64,000 nucleotides of DNA from Eledone cirrhosa (Eukaryota): contig OZ024745.1 in assembly GCA_964016885.1 (NCBI GenBank), positions 12,896,001-12,960,000 on the forward strand, read 5' to 3'. Under the pieces are notes generated by a model, which saw nothing but the letters and a program-made list of their open reading frames with translations, searched no databases and was not told the origin of the DNA. The position numbers were made by a program, and so were the translations under genes. Of the stretch, positions 1 through 13,139 are shown piece after piece (position 1 is the stretch's first letter; every line of letters starts with the position of its first letter).

Positions 1-361
1 GAGCTCCCACAACTTAGTTCCCACAAGCTGCCTCTCAACGTCTCCAGTGTGTACAGTAGTGGTTCGAGAGCCAGCACATACAACAGGGACGAAAGGCAAC
101 AAACTTGGCGGACTAAGCGCATGATATTGAGCTCTGACCTCAGAGTAAATGTTGCTGTGCATATACGATATATCTCGTTCAGCCTCTCTCTGGCTCTCTT
201 TCCCTCTCTCACTATATATAGTCATTACGACAGCGGAGGTCCGACGAGCTTTTGATTCCAGAGACTGGCCAAATCGATACAGATCGAACCTTGAGCTGAT
301 CAATAGCGAAACACTCGTCACCACTCAATAATCATAATGAAGACATAACAAATCGCCCTTT

Positions 362-409
<48 letters not shown>

Positions 410-1284
410 TATAAGATATAGATTAAGGGATTTTTCGCTGCTGTTTCTAGCAAACAGAATGAATGCAGAATGACTTCCTCGTGACTTGTTCCTTGATCAT
501 GTATGTACATGAGTGCACAATATATATTTATTGAATTAATATAAATATGTATATAGTTTAATTATATACTGGTGGTGTTAGACATGGCCTGGGCCAATGC
601 TGGCCGAAACCTATCAAAGTTATTAAGATTATCAAAATTATATTTATTTATGCATAACAGTTTTTATTAGGAATTCGAATATAAATTCAATTTAGTTATA
701 AATGAAAACATATTCTGCTAATCTTTGCGAACATAGAAAAAAAATGAAGCAAAACAAAAGAAAAAGAAAACAAAGATTGCTTTGGTTTGTAACACATCTA
801 ATAGGATCTGGTAAATCGATGGAAAATTGGCTGCTATTTCTAGCAAATAGAGCCACTACCCAAAGTGATGGTCATGACCCCGCAGAGACTATCTTATCGA
901 TATGCATACAATCAATGAAATTCATGTGTTTATATGGGTATCTGAGACTACATTGTTTAATGTGTGTCCTTCGTTGTTTGAAAACATAGCAGGAGGTAAA
1001 TTTGGCTGCTATTTTTAGCAAAATCATAAACATTCATGTCAGCAAAAAACAAAAAAAAACTTCTTTTTCAAGGGAGGCAACTCTGATGAATATTTTCAGA
1101 AAAATTAGAAAACCTTTTCGGAGAATGCTAATTACTTGCCGTCGCTAATGACCTGACGTCAATTTTACTAACTGATTCTATTTTTTACATTTTTTATGTA
1201 AAATCTTTGAAGTTTTAGTTTTATCATTGTTGCTGGGGGTTGTTTAAGACTACACCCCTATAGTATATATATATATATATATAT

Positions 1285-2279
1285 GGAACCAGTAAGACCC
1301 CGACGGCTGAGCTCAAGCCGTTTCGACGGCTAATTCTGGACTAAATGAAAATTTATCCTGGTTTTTAAATAGCCGATCTTCTCAACGGGTAATTCCATAT
1401 ATGGTCAAAGTGATTGTCAAAAGTCAGTAGTAATTCTGTGATTGCAAATTAGTAGGGGAGATGGTGGCTAAACCTGCCAGTAGGAGAAAGAGGGGAGGGG
1501 GTGGAGTAGACCCAATCAAGCGTTGGTAGTGCCAGCTACAGCTGGGCATGAGGTCAAAGAAGATACTGGGGAGGGGGAGGGGGAGGAAGTCGGAACGGTA
1601 GTTAGAACAATGAGGGGTAAAAATATATATGAAAGAAAAGCGAATAAGTGTAAAGAAAAAAGTAAAGCAAGTTCTACGACCTAAGTCTCTAGCTATTGTT
1701 AGGCTAGATAAATAAATAAATAAACAAAGAAAGAAGTAAAGAAAGAAATAAAGAAATAACGAAATAAGTAAATGAACTAGGTGGGACGGAATAGGCAAGG
1801 ACCCTTTTAAGAGGTATAAGTACGTAAATCATACGGTGACGGGTCAACAAATGGTGCCAAAATACTAAAGAGACTACCACGAAATAAATAATAAAGGTTT
1901 CTATCCCGGGCACAATGCCACCAACCACCCAGTGCAGCAAAGTAAACTAGCACTACCAACGCTTGATTGGGTCTACTCCACCCCCTCCCCTCTTTCTCCT
2001 ACTGGCAGGTTTAGCCACCATCTCCCCTACTAATTTGCAATCACAGAATTACTACTGACTTTTGACAATCACTTTGACCATATATGGAATTACCCGTTGA
2101 GAAGATCGGCTATTTAAATACCAGGATAAATTTTCATTTAGTCCAGAATTAGCCGTCGAAACGGCTTGAGCTCAGCCGTCGGGGTCTTACTGGTTCCTAT
2201 TACCCACTCTACTACCCCAAGTATTGGGTACTTTGGTGCGTTATGGTCCACCTGGTTCCTTACCACATTTCTTTCGTTA

Positions 2280-2285
<6 letters not shown>
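1285..2285. mobile_element. Non-autonomous or truncated PLE-like insertion (family A): 248-bp inverted arms with hammerheads plus ~90-nt tail, between (TA)n tracts
   Basis: 1285-1532 is the reverse complement of 1950-2197. The right arm continues into a unique tail ending in (TA)n. Confidence 0.8.
2092..2185 (+). ncRNA. Type I hammerhead ribozyme, U3-A8 core variant (mirror copy on minus strand at 1297-1390)
   Basis: ACCCg-TTGAGAA-GAtCGGCTA...TAGCCGTC-GAAA-CGGCT(tgagctc)AGCCG-TC-gGGGT. Stems II and III pair well; stem I has one G.G mismatch. Confidence 0.65.
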
Positions 2286-2343
<58 letters not shown>

Positions 2344-3099
2344 ATACAATAACAGAGAAAGCTTTAAGCTAAACTCTGACTGGTAACCATCTCACTCAGC
2401 AAACATTAGGATATACGTTAGTATAATTCCAATGTTGTGTTTGGGGTGCTAACTATATGTATTTTGTGGAAAACCAGTTGTATTAATTTATATGAGATAT
2501 AATTAAAATTAAAATATATCTCTCTTTCCAAACAATTGTTTCATTATAAGTTTTCTACAAGTTGGGAGAATGTTTCCAGTTTATGTAGAAGTCTAACATA
2601 TTTTTCTGTAAGAATATATGTAGTTGGGCACTTATAAATCATCAGTGGATGCCCATTAAACTTTCATATAAGAAAAAATTTCTTACCGCAGTTATTTTTC
2701 GTGTTGGCTAAGTCATCCCTTCACGCATCAAATGACCGCCAAATTTGAAATTCCAACAGTCTTTAGACTGAGGAAATATCATAGCGTCACGAAGCGGAAA
2801 AGGGAGGCAATCGCGAGTCACAAGAAAAGTAAAATAATATACACGTGGGTTAATTAGTTTTTTCAAAAACATTATATCAATCCTGCGTGTTAAGAACTCA
2901 ATTAATTTTAAAAAAATAAATGTATGCATGTAATAATTACACACGCATATAGATATTTTCTTAGCCTAAAAACAGAGAAGTGATACCTAGATAACAAACA
3001 ATATCTCATAACTAATAAATACGGAAAGTTACGTTTAAAAGGTATCTGGAAATAAAATTCTGTGGCCAAATCAAGAGTAAAATATTTATATATATATAC

Positions 3100-3815
3100 A
3101 TTTAGCTCTGGTTTTTAACTATTGAGCGCTTTGCCAGTATCATTTCTGATTTTTGCGTTTCGCTTCGCTTTTCCTTCCCGCCGAAATGCGATTCTCGCTG
3201 AATCTTTATTTGTATTAATCTCCCATGTCTTACAATTAACTTGTTAATAATTTCTATTGACAGGTTAATTGTATAAGTTTATATTAAAACCACTCGGTTG
3301 AGAACTTATTCGATTTGTGCTATTTATGCTATTTTTCGCATGATTTACACTTACTGAATTACTTTGCCAAAATCTGGGGTTATTCCCCTTGTGATTTCCA
3401 CACGTGGTTTAACTTACCACTGTGTCATTCACTTATTTGGTACAGAGCGAAATACCTGTTGATAACGTGATATTCCTTGTTCGATCATTATAACCAAAGC
3501 TTATATTTTTAAGCAGACTGTATTTTGATTTAGGTGTCACAGAAACTGTACATCGGATTTTAACAGCAATTCCGGGAGTCCAGGTCTGGTTATCATTTAT
3601 TTTTTATCATTTATTTTGTTTTGACCTGTTTAGCTTGATTTGGTTTTTCGCTTGGGTGGTTGATACCTTTTTGACCACCTTTTCAGTTTTGTATGGCTTC
3701 TTAACACATTGTTTAGCTCTGGTTTTTAACTATTGAGCACTTTGCGAGTATCATTTCTGATTTTTGCGTTTCGCTTCGCTTTTCCTGCCCGCCGAAATGC
3801 GATTCTCGCTGAATC

Positions 3816-3820
<5 letters not shown>
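3100..3820. mobile_element. Element with ~110-bp direct terminal repeats between (TA)n tracts (pLTR/LTR-like)
   Basis: tttagctctggtttttaac...gctgaatctttat occurs at ~3101-3210 and ~3712-3820. Confidence 0.6.
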
Positions 3821-3874
<54 letters not shown>

Positions 3875-3957
3875 TTTTAAGTATAAATGATGAAAATAGC
3901 TATTTACATATGAAGCAAGAACTGTTGCTGGGGGTTGTTTAAGACTACACACCTATA

Positions 3958-4015
<58 letters not shown>

Positions 4016-4017
<2 letters not shown>

Positions 4018-5007
4018 TAACTGAGGTACCCAGCGTTGCTAGGGTATAAGTAATACAATTGTTTGTGCAGAAACAACACTTGATGAAGCTCTTGGTTGAA
4101 ATAAATCTTATAGGAAAACATGGTCATCATCGGAGATGTCCACACCACGGCCAACTGGTTAATACGACCCGCAGAAGCCATCTATCCGTCCCGTAAGATG
4201 TTCCATTCGCTTAAATATATGCATGTTAGCAGCAAAGATGACACAGCCTAGGGTGGGTAGGTAATTTTTAAATATCTTTACGGCCTGTGTATCAACTGTG
4301 GCCCGTTGAAGATTTCTATTCGACTCGCAAAGGGTTCTGCCAGGTATACATTTTTGGAAAATACCCCCGCATTACCCAACCAGAGCTCATAAATCCCATT
4401 TGTCTAGGTAAAACTCGGCCCGTGGAGGGCAAATTCAATTGTTATACATCCCATTGTTGTACAGCTTTCTGTCCCACAGGAAAAAACCATCCACTGCACA
4501 TAAGTGGTGTATCGATGATGTTTCAAAAAAGCATTTGCGACATTCGATATTTGCGGTGTTTTCGCTTTATTAAGGTGCCCTGGGGAAACTTATTGATACA
4601 TAAATAATGCACCTGTAATAATAAAACTTTATTGATACATAAATAATGCACCTGTACAGTTTAAAGCAAATTGGTTGCTCATATCAGAAGAAACAAACCA
4701 AATGAAAAATATGTTTGTGTAGCTTTTTGCCTTCTGCGAGTTGTCTGGGATAATTTTTTCTTAGCCTAAATCCATCCTCAGCACATAATTCATATGAGCA
4801 TTTGTATGCAAATGTCCTATTGATTTATTAAAAAATCGATGCAGACTGGAAATTATTGTTTTTTTTTTAACTTCAAAGTACGTAAGAAATCAAATGGGCA
4901 CGTGAGCCACAAACGTGTCAAGTTTCATCAAGATCGGTTTGGTAGTTTTTGAGTTTTAGGTTCACAAACAAATCCACAAACAAACATACAAACAGACAGA
5001 AATTGCC
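4016..5007 (-). mobile_element. Non-autonomous Helitron-like element (second copy ~20871-21862)
   Basis: One end has ACTAA plus the hairpin TACCCAGC-GTT-GCTAGGGTA. The other end has aagtttcatcaagatcgg...acaaacatacaaacagacag, a layout recalled from microsatellite-bearing non-autonomous Helitrons. Confidence 0.5.
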
Positions 5008-5222
5008 ATTGTAGTGTTCAGAAGAGAAGACTGCGTTGGTATGGACATGTGATGCGCATGGAAGATGACTGCTGGGTAAAGAAGTGCCAAGAAATCCCAG
5101 TGGAAGGAAGACCACGAAAATCATGGGTGGAGGTGGTGAGAGCTGACCTCAAATCGCTGAAGCTCATGGAGGAGATGACGAAGGACCTTGACAAATAAAA
5201 TGATGATGATGATGATGATGAT
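5008..5222 (+). mobile_element. RTE-clade LINE 3' fragment with (TGA)n tail (copy at ~21863-22077; related piece at ~38420-38565)
   Basis: Translates as RRLRWYGHVMRM...GRPRKSW, the typical RTE C-terminus. Confidence 0.85.
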
Positions 5223-5224
5223 AT

Positions 5225-5677
5225 AACTCACACTCTAAACCTAACACTAACTAACCCAAACCCTAACCTTAACGCTTGCCTTAATCCTAACGCTAACACT
5301 GAACTCTAACTCAAACCCTAACCCTGTTACTAACACTATCACTAACCCTAATCCTAACCATAACACTAAACGTAACCCTAACGCTAGCCTTAACCCTAAC
5401 CCTAAATTTAACTCTAACACTAATCCTAACCCTAACACTAACCTTAACCCTTACACTTACCCAACCCTAACCCTAACTCTAAATCTAAACCTAACACTAA
5501 CTTTAACCCTAGCCTTATCCCTAAACGTAACCCTTACCCTACCCTAAATCCTAACCTTAAACCCTAACACTAACCCTAACCTTAACCCTAATCCTAACCA
5601 TAACTCTATCACTAACCCTAACTCAAAACCTAAACCTTTACCTTAACCCCAACCTTACCCCTAAATCCTCACCCTAA
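5225..5677. repeat. Degenerate interstitial telomere-like (CCCTAA)n array (copy at ~22080-22532)
   Basis: ~75 hexamers of the types CCCTAA, CCTTAA, CACTAA and CTCTAA. Confidence 0.85.
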
Positions 5678-7122
5678 GGGCCAATGGCGTGAATTTGGAT
5701 AACTATGTAGAATGGTAACTGTAAGTTAAGGACTTCAGGATGAAAACCATTCAATTGAAAGGAACTGAGAGAGATTTGGGCTGAACACACGCTTTCAAAT
5801 GAATTATAGTCAGCCAATTGGCACAGTTATTATTCATATTAAATGTCTCTTCATTCATATTTCAAATCTCGCTGATGTCAATTTTAAGCACTACTCCAGG
5901 TCGTTTGATGGCGGTATTGTTACAGAAGTCCTTATTTATTTGCAAAGTTTTGTTATGTAGGTGTAAGCATCAAAATAAGTCAAGGTTTTGTTTTTGCTGT
6001 TGGGTCAGACCTGACTCAGCAGACAGCCATTTTGAAAAGTCATTCGAGCTGTGACCATCTCATTTTTATTTTTGTTGCTATTTTTGTTGTTGTCGCTCTT
6101 GTAGTTGGAGTTGTTGTTTTTTTCAGTTGTTTCGTTGTGGCTGTTGTTCATGTTGTTGTTGGTGATGTTGCTAATTTTGTTGTTGAATGTTGTGTTTGTA
6201 ATTGTTATTTTTTCTTTGATCACAATGGTGCCTGCTGTAGTTATGTTATCCCTCCTCTCAACTGTTAAGTCACTATCCCGAGACGGCAGTTTTAATGTTG
6301 GAGGTGGGGGTGGAGGACTGTCTCATCCATTTTATTAAAAAGATACCGCAAAAATCAAATACAATTCCAAGAAAACAACAACTCAAATTTATAAACTCAC
6401 GGAGCTTACAAAAAACACGTCTTCTCTTGTCGACAACCAATAATAACAATAATAATGCTTTCTTTATTAACCACAAGGGTTGACACAAAGTATAACATTA
6501 AGGACAACACAGGATAATAATAATAATTGTTTCTACTTTTGGCACAAGGCCAGCAATTATCCCAGTGCAAAAGTTTCTGCTTTAGGTACAATTTTATTTT
6601 GAGGGGGAATTAAATCGACCCCAAGGTGTTACTGGTACTTTATTTTATTGACCCTGTAAAGATGAAAGGCACACACATCACATCACACATCCTCCCTTTC
6701 CAATATCCTAAACGGACGTTAGTCCGTTTAGTAATATTGTTGTGGTCGTGTTTTCGTTGGCAATCGTCTGTTTACGACAGTACAGCGCGGCTCTACTTTA
6801 TTGAACTGAGATAAAACTTATATGAGCATGAACAGTAGATCATTACGCATCTTTTGGCTTAAAAATCTAGAAATTTGGTCCAGCGGGAAAAAGTTTATAA
6901 TCAAAGTTTGCTGATAAATCTTGTGTTCAAGTGAGTGATTAGTAAGCGTGACGCTAGGGCAGGTAATCCACAAATGACGTAGCTTTCTCATTAAGCAAGT
7001 TGCCTCAACTAGATTGCAATTATACTCAAAAGAACTTTAAAATGTCAATCACTTGTCAGTAATTCACTATGATCATTTAATTATTAGATAGTTGTTGCTT
7101 GCATTGCTTTAAAAAATAGTAG

Positions 7123-8171
7123 ACCAGATAGAAAAATGCGTACAGCAAAAAAAAATAATATTGTTGGAATATAAACCTTTAAAAATACAGGACAAGAAAC
7201 TAAAATAAAACTTTAAAAGAATAGGACAAGAAACTAAGATAAAACTTTAAAGAATTGGACAAGAAATAAAAAATTTTACAATAATATTAGTGGCAACATT
7301 TTTTTATTCGTTTCCTGTGCTATGCCCCAGTATCTTCTTGATTAGTGCATAATAATTGTCATGCTCTCATTGTGCGTTGCCCCTGAGTGGTTGGTTCTGG
7401 TTGGGGTTGGTTGGCTGAGCAGTTCTCCTCCGTCAGAATGACCATTGCAAGAAGAATTGGCCGATGCAGCTGCAGGTCTCCTCCAAGAATGCACTTCTGG
7501 TCCCGCAACACCAGACGAAGATGGAGAAGACGACCGGGACAAGATGTCGACTCTGACCACCGACTACGGCGCCTCCCTCAAACACCGGTCCTCCCTCCCT
7601 CTGTCCCGTCATCCCTCCAGTCCTCCTGCTCCCCCTTCCTGTACCAGAAAGCTGTGGCACGCATTCATCTGGACTGCCGGACTTGAACTCAAGGACAAGA
7701 TGCAAGGAGAAGATGGACGGGTTGGTCAAGATCAAGGATGAACGGGACGACAAGACCGTCCGCTGCTGCTCAAGTTCTGTGCTCATGGGCCCATGGGTTC
7801 ATTCACATTATGCATGACACATGAGGCGTGTCGCCGAATGATGAAATAGGGGTATGGTTATGGCCCAATTGGTGTTCAAACCAGGATCAAATGATCCCCC
7901 TGGTCTGACGACGACCTCTGAATGTGGAACCCAGAGCCTATGAATGTGGAACTCGATTTTTTACCAATAAAAATTTTGCCACTAATATTATTGTAACATT
8001 TTTTATTTCTTGTCCAATTCTTTAAAGTTTTATCTTAGTTTCTTGTCCTATTCTTTTAAAGTTTTATCTTAGTTTCTTGTCCTATTCTTTTAAAGTTTTA
8101 TTTTAGTTTCTTGTCCTGTTTATATTCCAACAATATTACTTTTTTTTGCTGTACGCATTTTTCTATCTGGT
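7123..8171. mobile_element. Inverted-repeat element with ~190-bp arms containing 31-bp subrepeats and a GC-rich core (copy at 23864-24912)
   Basis: 7123-7308 is the reverse complement of ~7966-8171. The arms contain GGACAAGAAACTAAGATAAAACTTTAAAAGA subrepeats, and the right end abuts (TA)n. Confidence 0.75.
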
Positions 8172-8686
8172 ATATATATATATATAAACAACATTTATTT
8201 TAGTAGTCACACACAATGGAATTGAAACCGCAATTCAAGGGAAATAACTCAAACGTGAATAAACTGTATGCAGCAAATTAATGTTAACGTCGGATTTCCC
8301 CAATTATAAAAACCTACTCCAAAACTAAGCTTTAGTGAAATTGTTATGTTGCTGTCCAATGTAAGCTCTACACAGAAAATAATTCCCTAGTGCATTCTTG
8401 TAAGAAAAGTTAATATAAAAAATAATGTAAAATGCAGTGTTCAGATTTGAATCTAAGAAGTTACGATAACATCCCAGAAGATGATGACATGACAGTATTT
8501 GAATAAATAAATCCGTTTTTTTTTTATTTTTGACATCAGTAAACAGTATAATTTTATGAAAACTCTTGTGCTGTTATGTTTTTGTGTAAAAAATATAAGG
8601 CCTAACCCGAAAATAAGTCCTAGTGCCTTTTTTTAAAGGAAAAAATAGTATAAGATCTGTCTTATAATAGGGAAGCACGGTATTAA

Positions 8687-8902
8687 GGCGTTGAATTGGT
8701 AGAATCGCTAGAGCGTAGATAAATGCTTAGCAATATTTGTTTCCACTCTTTACTGTCTAAATTCAAATCCTGTCGAGATCAACTTTGCTTTTTGTCCTTG
8801 CGAGGTCAATAATATAAAGAACCAGTCAAGCACTGAGGTCGATATAATCGATTTTCCCCTCCCCAGATTGCTGGCTGTGTGCCTAAATTTGAAACAATTA
8901 TT
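8687..8902 (+). mobile_element. tRNA-derived SINE, diverged (copy at ~25428-25643)
   Basis: A-box-like TGGTAGAATCG and B-box-like ATTCAAATCC. The body matches 62647-62834. Confidence 0.7.
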
Positions 8903-10155
8903 GAATATTTCAAGCGAATTAGTGACTTTTTCGAAGTTAATACATGAAGGATGGTTAATTATAGATAACTATAGCTGTATATCAAATATTAATCATTTAA
9001 ACATCTCCATTGTTTCTAATGAAACATCAAATAGTGCTAAACTTATGTAATAGTATAACTGTCAACAACATTCAAATCTATAGAAATTTACTTGTATGTT
9101 AGTAATATATGGACCCGTAACTCCTGAGGGGGCCGTAAGGACGCTGTATTGACATACGGCGTTTCTAGGTTATTTTAAAATCTGGCAGAGCCCATCTCCT
9201 TGCCAGGTCTGAATACAGCAGACTTTTTCCAGAGAACAATAGAGAGTGAGAGAATTGAAGAAAGAAAGAGACACAGAGAAATGATCGACCCCAGTACTAG
9301 ATTGGTATTTAATTTTATCGATTGCAGTAGCTGGGTGTGAAGGACTGGTGTCATGGACATGGGGTGTCTTGTATTCTTAGTCACTCAACGTCATGGAAAC
9401 TGAGATAACCACCGGCCTGATGAGCTTCTGGACTCAAGACAGACTTTAAATGTTTCCAGTTATACAGATGGGGCACATTTAAACAAGGGAGTAGGTTGGG
9501 AAGGTACTTAGTCTTTCGAAAATAATAATAGAGATAAGAAATTCAGATTGCCCAAGATTTTCACAATATTTGCTGCAGGTTTGTGGGGAATGATATTATC
9601 CAAAGAAATGACATGGGGAGAAGGTTTTTTATTTACTAATAGTTTATGGGACCTAGAAGTACTTCAATTAAGAAAATGAAATCATGTTAGACGTATTGAA
9701 ACTTTTCTGCTTAGAATAGATAATTATCTTCCAGAAAATGATAAGAATAAATAAACACCAATTATTTGGATACCAGGTCATACATATATTAGGAAAACAA
9801 ATGAATTGGCAAAGGAGGGAACACAAAGGGAAATAATAAATAAAGATTATATCCCAAATCTATTGGAATTCAAGTCCTTTAACAACAATGTAATTATATA
9901 AAGCTCTCAAATCTCAATCCTCCATTACCTCAGTCAGACCTGTCAATATTTAAAATATAGCAGACAGTGAACAATGTTAATAAACAAAGATTATGTTAGA
10001 TTCGAATGGGTTGAACTATATTTTTTCCTGAACTGGTCATATGGAATCGCTTGTGTCCTTGTGGAGACTGACAAGAAATCTTGTGTCCTTGTGAAGACTG
10101 CCAAGAAATTCTTTGGCACTATTTATTCTAATTTAGAAACTACCAATTTGAGAAA

Positions 10156-10192
<37 letters not shown>

Positions 10193-10582
10193 AGGGATCT
10201 TGAAGTTGGTCTTTAAAAACTTCTAACTTTGCAGCTGAAACATATTGTCAAAAATCTACCAACTATATACAAATCTTTCAGTACATGTAGGCCACGAAAT
10301 GGTTCAGCTTCACAAGCTTTCAGCTATTCTATAGTTGCCATTGTTTTTTAACCTTTTTTATTTTGCTTCCTATTGTCATTTACTCTCTGTCTCCCTCTTC
10401 TTAACTGGAAGAGATACTAGATAGCTCCCATAGTTTGTCTTGGCTTACTAGGTTTATACGGACGTTTAAATTGATTAAACATTTAAATAAATATTAATTT
10501 TTACACGACATCATGTGCATTTCGTTCTTGTATTCAACACAAAAAAAAGAAATCATCTCAAGGAAGGTAACCACATATATTA

Positions 10583-11335
10583 TCTATATATATAAAACTG
10601 AGGATGTGTGTGTGTGTGTGAGTTTGAATCCCTAAAACTCGAGAACCACCCAACCGACTATTTTCAAACTTTACACATGTAATACTTATGTTTCAGGGAG
10701 TGTTCTGAGCAAACAGAATTTCAAATTTTCAATGCCCTAGGGACTGTATTAGGCGATTTAGTTATCTCTCTCTATAATTCTTAGTCTCTCTCTTTTTAGA
10801 TAGATACATACATATAACGTCGCGCCCTTATAATATGTGTCTGTATGTCTGCTGTCTGCATTACGTCACTTCCCTGAGGATGTCTGTGTGTGTGTGTGTG
10901 TGTGTTTGAATCCCTAAAACTCGAGAAGTACCCAACCGACTTTTTTGAAACTTTACATGTGTATTACTTATGTTTCAGGGAGTGTTATGCACATAAAAAT
11001 TCAACTTTTTGATCCCCTAGGGCCCGCATTAGTTGAAAAACTGCGATTTTTCAGGTTTTAGGGGTTTTTTTTAGTCGTTACGTCAGAATGATTTCCTTGA
11101 AATTGTAACTATCTATTAGTCAGTCTCTTCTTCATACCGTGAGCAAAGAAAATCCAACTTTTTTATGGCCTAGGACCCGCATTAGGTGAAAAACTTCATT
11201 TTTTCAGCTTTTTAGGGCTTTTTTGAGGCCGATTTTCCCGAAATTTCAAGGCATATTATGCACATAAAAAAAATTCATTTTCTTGATCCCCTAGGGCCCG
11301 CATTACGTGAAAACCTGCATTTTTCCTGATTCATC
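10583..11335 (+). mobile_element. Non-autonomous Helitron-like 5' region with internal duplications (copy at ~27324-28090)
   Basis: Starts A|TCTATATATATAAAA followed by (GT)n, a duplicated gtttgaatccctaaaactcgagaa block and repeated cctagggcccgcatta units. Confidence 0.45.
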
Positions 11336-12690
11336 GAGGAAAATCTTAAATATTATCCAGCCATCAGAGTATTCGGTTTATTTTCTTTACATATTGTCCA
11401 GGCATGCAGTTTTTTCACGATTAGGTATGTTGGCGGCCCGCGTTACAAAATACCTTATCCAGCCCCATCGAGCTGGGAGGGGAAGCCTACAGCGTCCATC
11501 CATGCTCAATGACATTGTTGAGGGCAGCATGGCGTGGAAGGCGGCCGGCACTGTGGCGACAGGAAAGCGGGGTTTGGAGGTCGCGTGAAAACAGGCAAGG
11601 CGGTGCTGGTCGAGCTGGCGCGGGAGGCTGTTGAGGCCAGGCTGCACTGGATGGTATCCCATAAGCTTTGGGGGAGAAGGAGGAGGGACGTCTACTGGTG
11701 TAAGTCCCAGCCTGTCCCACGTCTCATAGGCGACTTCACGCTCCCTGAACACAGAGGGTTCTATTATATGCTCAAATAATTATAAATAATAAAATACTCA
11801 AAATTACATATGTAAATAATTGTTTATACTTTTGGCATAAGGCCAACAATTATCCCAGTGCATTACTGGTACTTATAAATGTACCACAGTGGCAACGCTT
11901 CTTTGTTTCTCATTTTAGGGCTAATATATTGCACGATTTTAACAAGGAAGCGTTCAACCTGTGTGTGTATGTGCGAGGAAGATTAAAAATATAACTGAAA
12001 GTTATTTCTTTTTCTTAGGTTGTATGCTGTTTAAAACGCCCATAATTTGATGAGACGATCTAAAAACTGTACTAACTAGGCAATTTGATTTTCTGTTGGA
12101 TTTTATAAAGGAATTCGATACAAAAAATATCTGTAGTCTGTATCGGACTCACCCTTGACGTGAGGAGAATAACTGCGCTACTACGGTACCACGGCGCCAA
12201 TCGCCAGTATAGATCTTATTCTGAATACTTACCCTTGCGTCCAGAGTAACCGTCGATTTTTGTTGGGTTTCTTCATGAGTGACACTCGGAAGTCTCCCCC
12301 TATTGCGGAATATTCTTTTGCTTAAATTCTTTACCTTTGTTATTTTCGAGATTTTTTTTTACACGAAAACACCTACAATATTTCATCCTGTACCAGTGGT
12401 CACGTAGCAGAAGGCACCCAGAGAACGAACGTTTGGGTCCCTGGCAAGCGAGAAGGACCCTCCTAAGCTCGACGATGTTGATCGACGTAGTTTGAGGAAG
12501 CATTAAACAGGATCGCTGTCTCGTCTGGGTGGCAGTGAATGGCTGAAGCTGCACAGGCGAGGGGAAGAGGCAGCTGCTACAGCGTCACATTAAGAAAGCA
12601 TTTGAAGTTTGTCGTGTAAGATAGAAACAAGAGAAGTGGGGAAACATACCGCACCCTGGACATTTGCAGGCTTCCTATCTTTTTTAAGTA

Positions 12691-12758
<68 letters not shown>

Positions 12759-12788
12759 TCACACATAACATACATATATATTATATAT

Positions 12789-12945
12789 ACATGGACACAC
12801 TGGAAGAAGAAGACCAAGGTTAACGTATGTTGATGCCCTAAGGACAGACACTGGTCTGTTGGAGACGCAGGACATGGCAGCGATAATGAGGGACAGAGAC
12901 CGCTGGAGAGAACTCGTCCATGTATCTCGGGAATTTTAGCCGCTC
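12789..12945 (+). mobile_element. RTE-like LINE 3' fragment (copies at ~29862-30018 and, inverted, ~35800-35880)
   Basis: Translates as [13 protein letters not shown]...[11 protein letters not shown]. Confidence 0.7.
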
Positions 12946-12955
12946 TATATATATA

Positions 12956-13079
<124 letters not shown>

Positions 13080-13139
13080 AGAGAAGTGGTGAAAAATACC
13101 ACACCCTGAATATTTCCAGGCTTCCTATCTTTTTTAAGT

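Noticed and set aside
590-620. GGCCA-ATGC-TGGCC-GAAA hammerhead-like hairpin
   Set aside because: No CUGANGA core and no stem I; at most a decayed relic.
1076-1140. CTGATGA followed by a hairpin, with GGCAA/TTGCC flanks
   Set aside because: No GAAA after the hairpin, so the core is incomplete.
5225-5677. True telomere
   Set aside because: Internal, highly degenerate and duplicated along with its flanks.
9417-9450. CTGATGA motif
   Set aside because: No GAAA, stem III or stem I.
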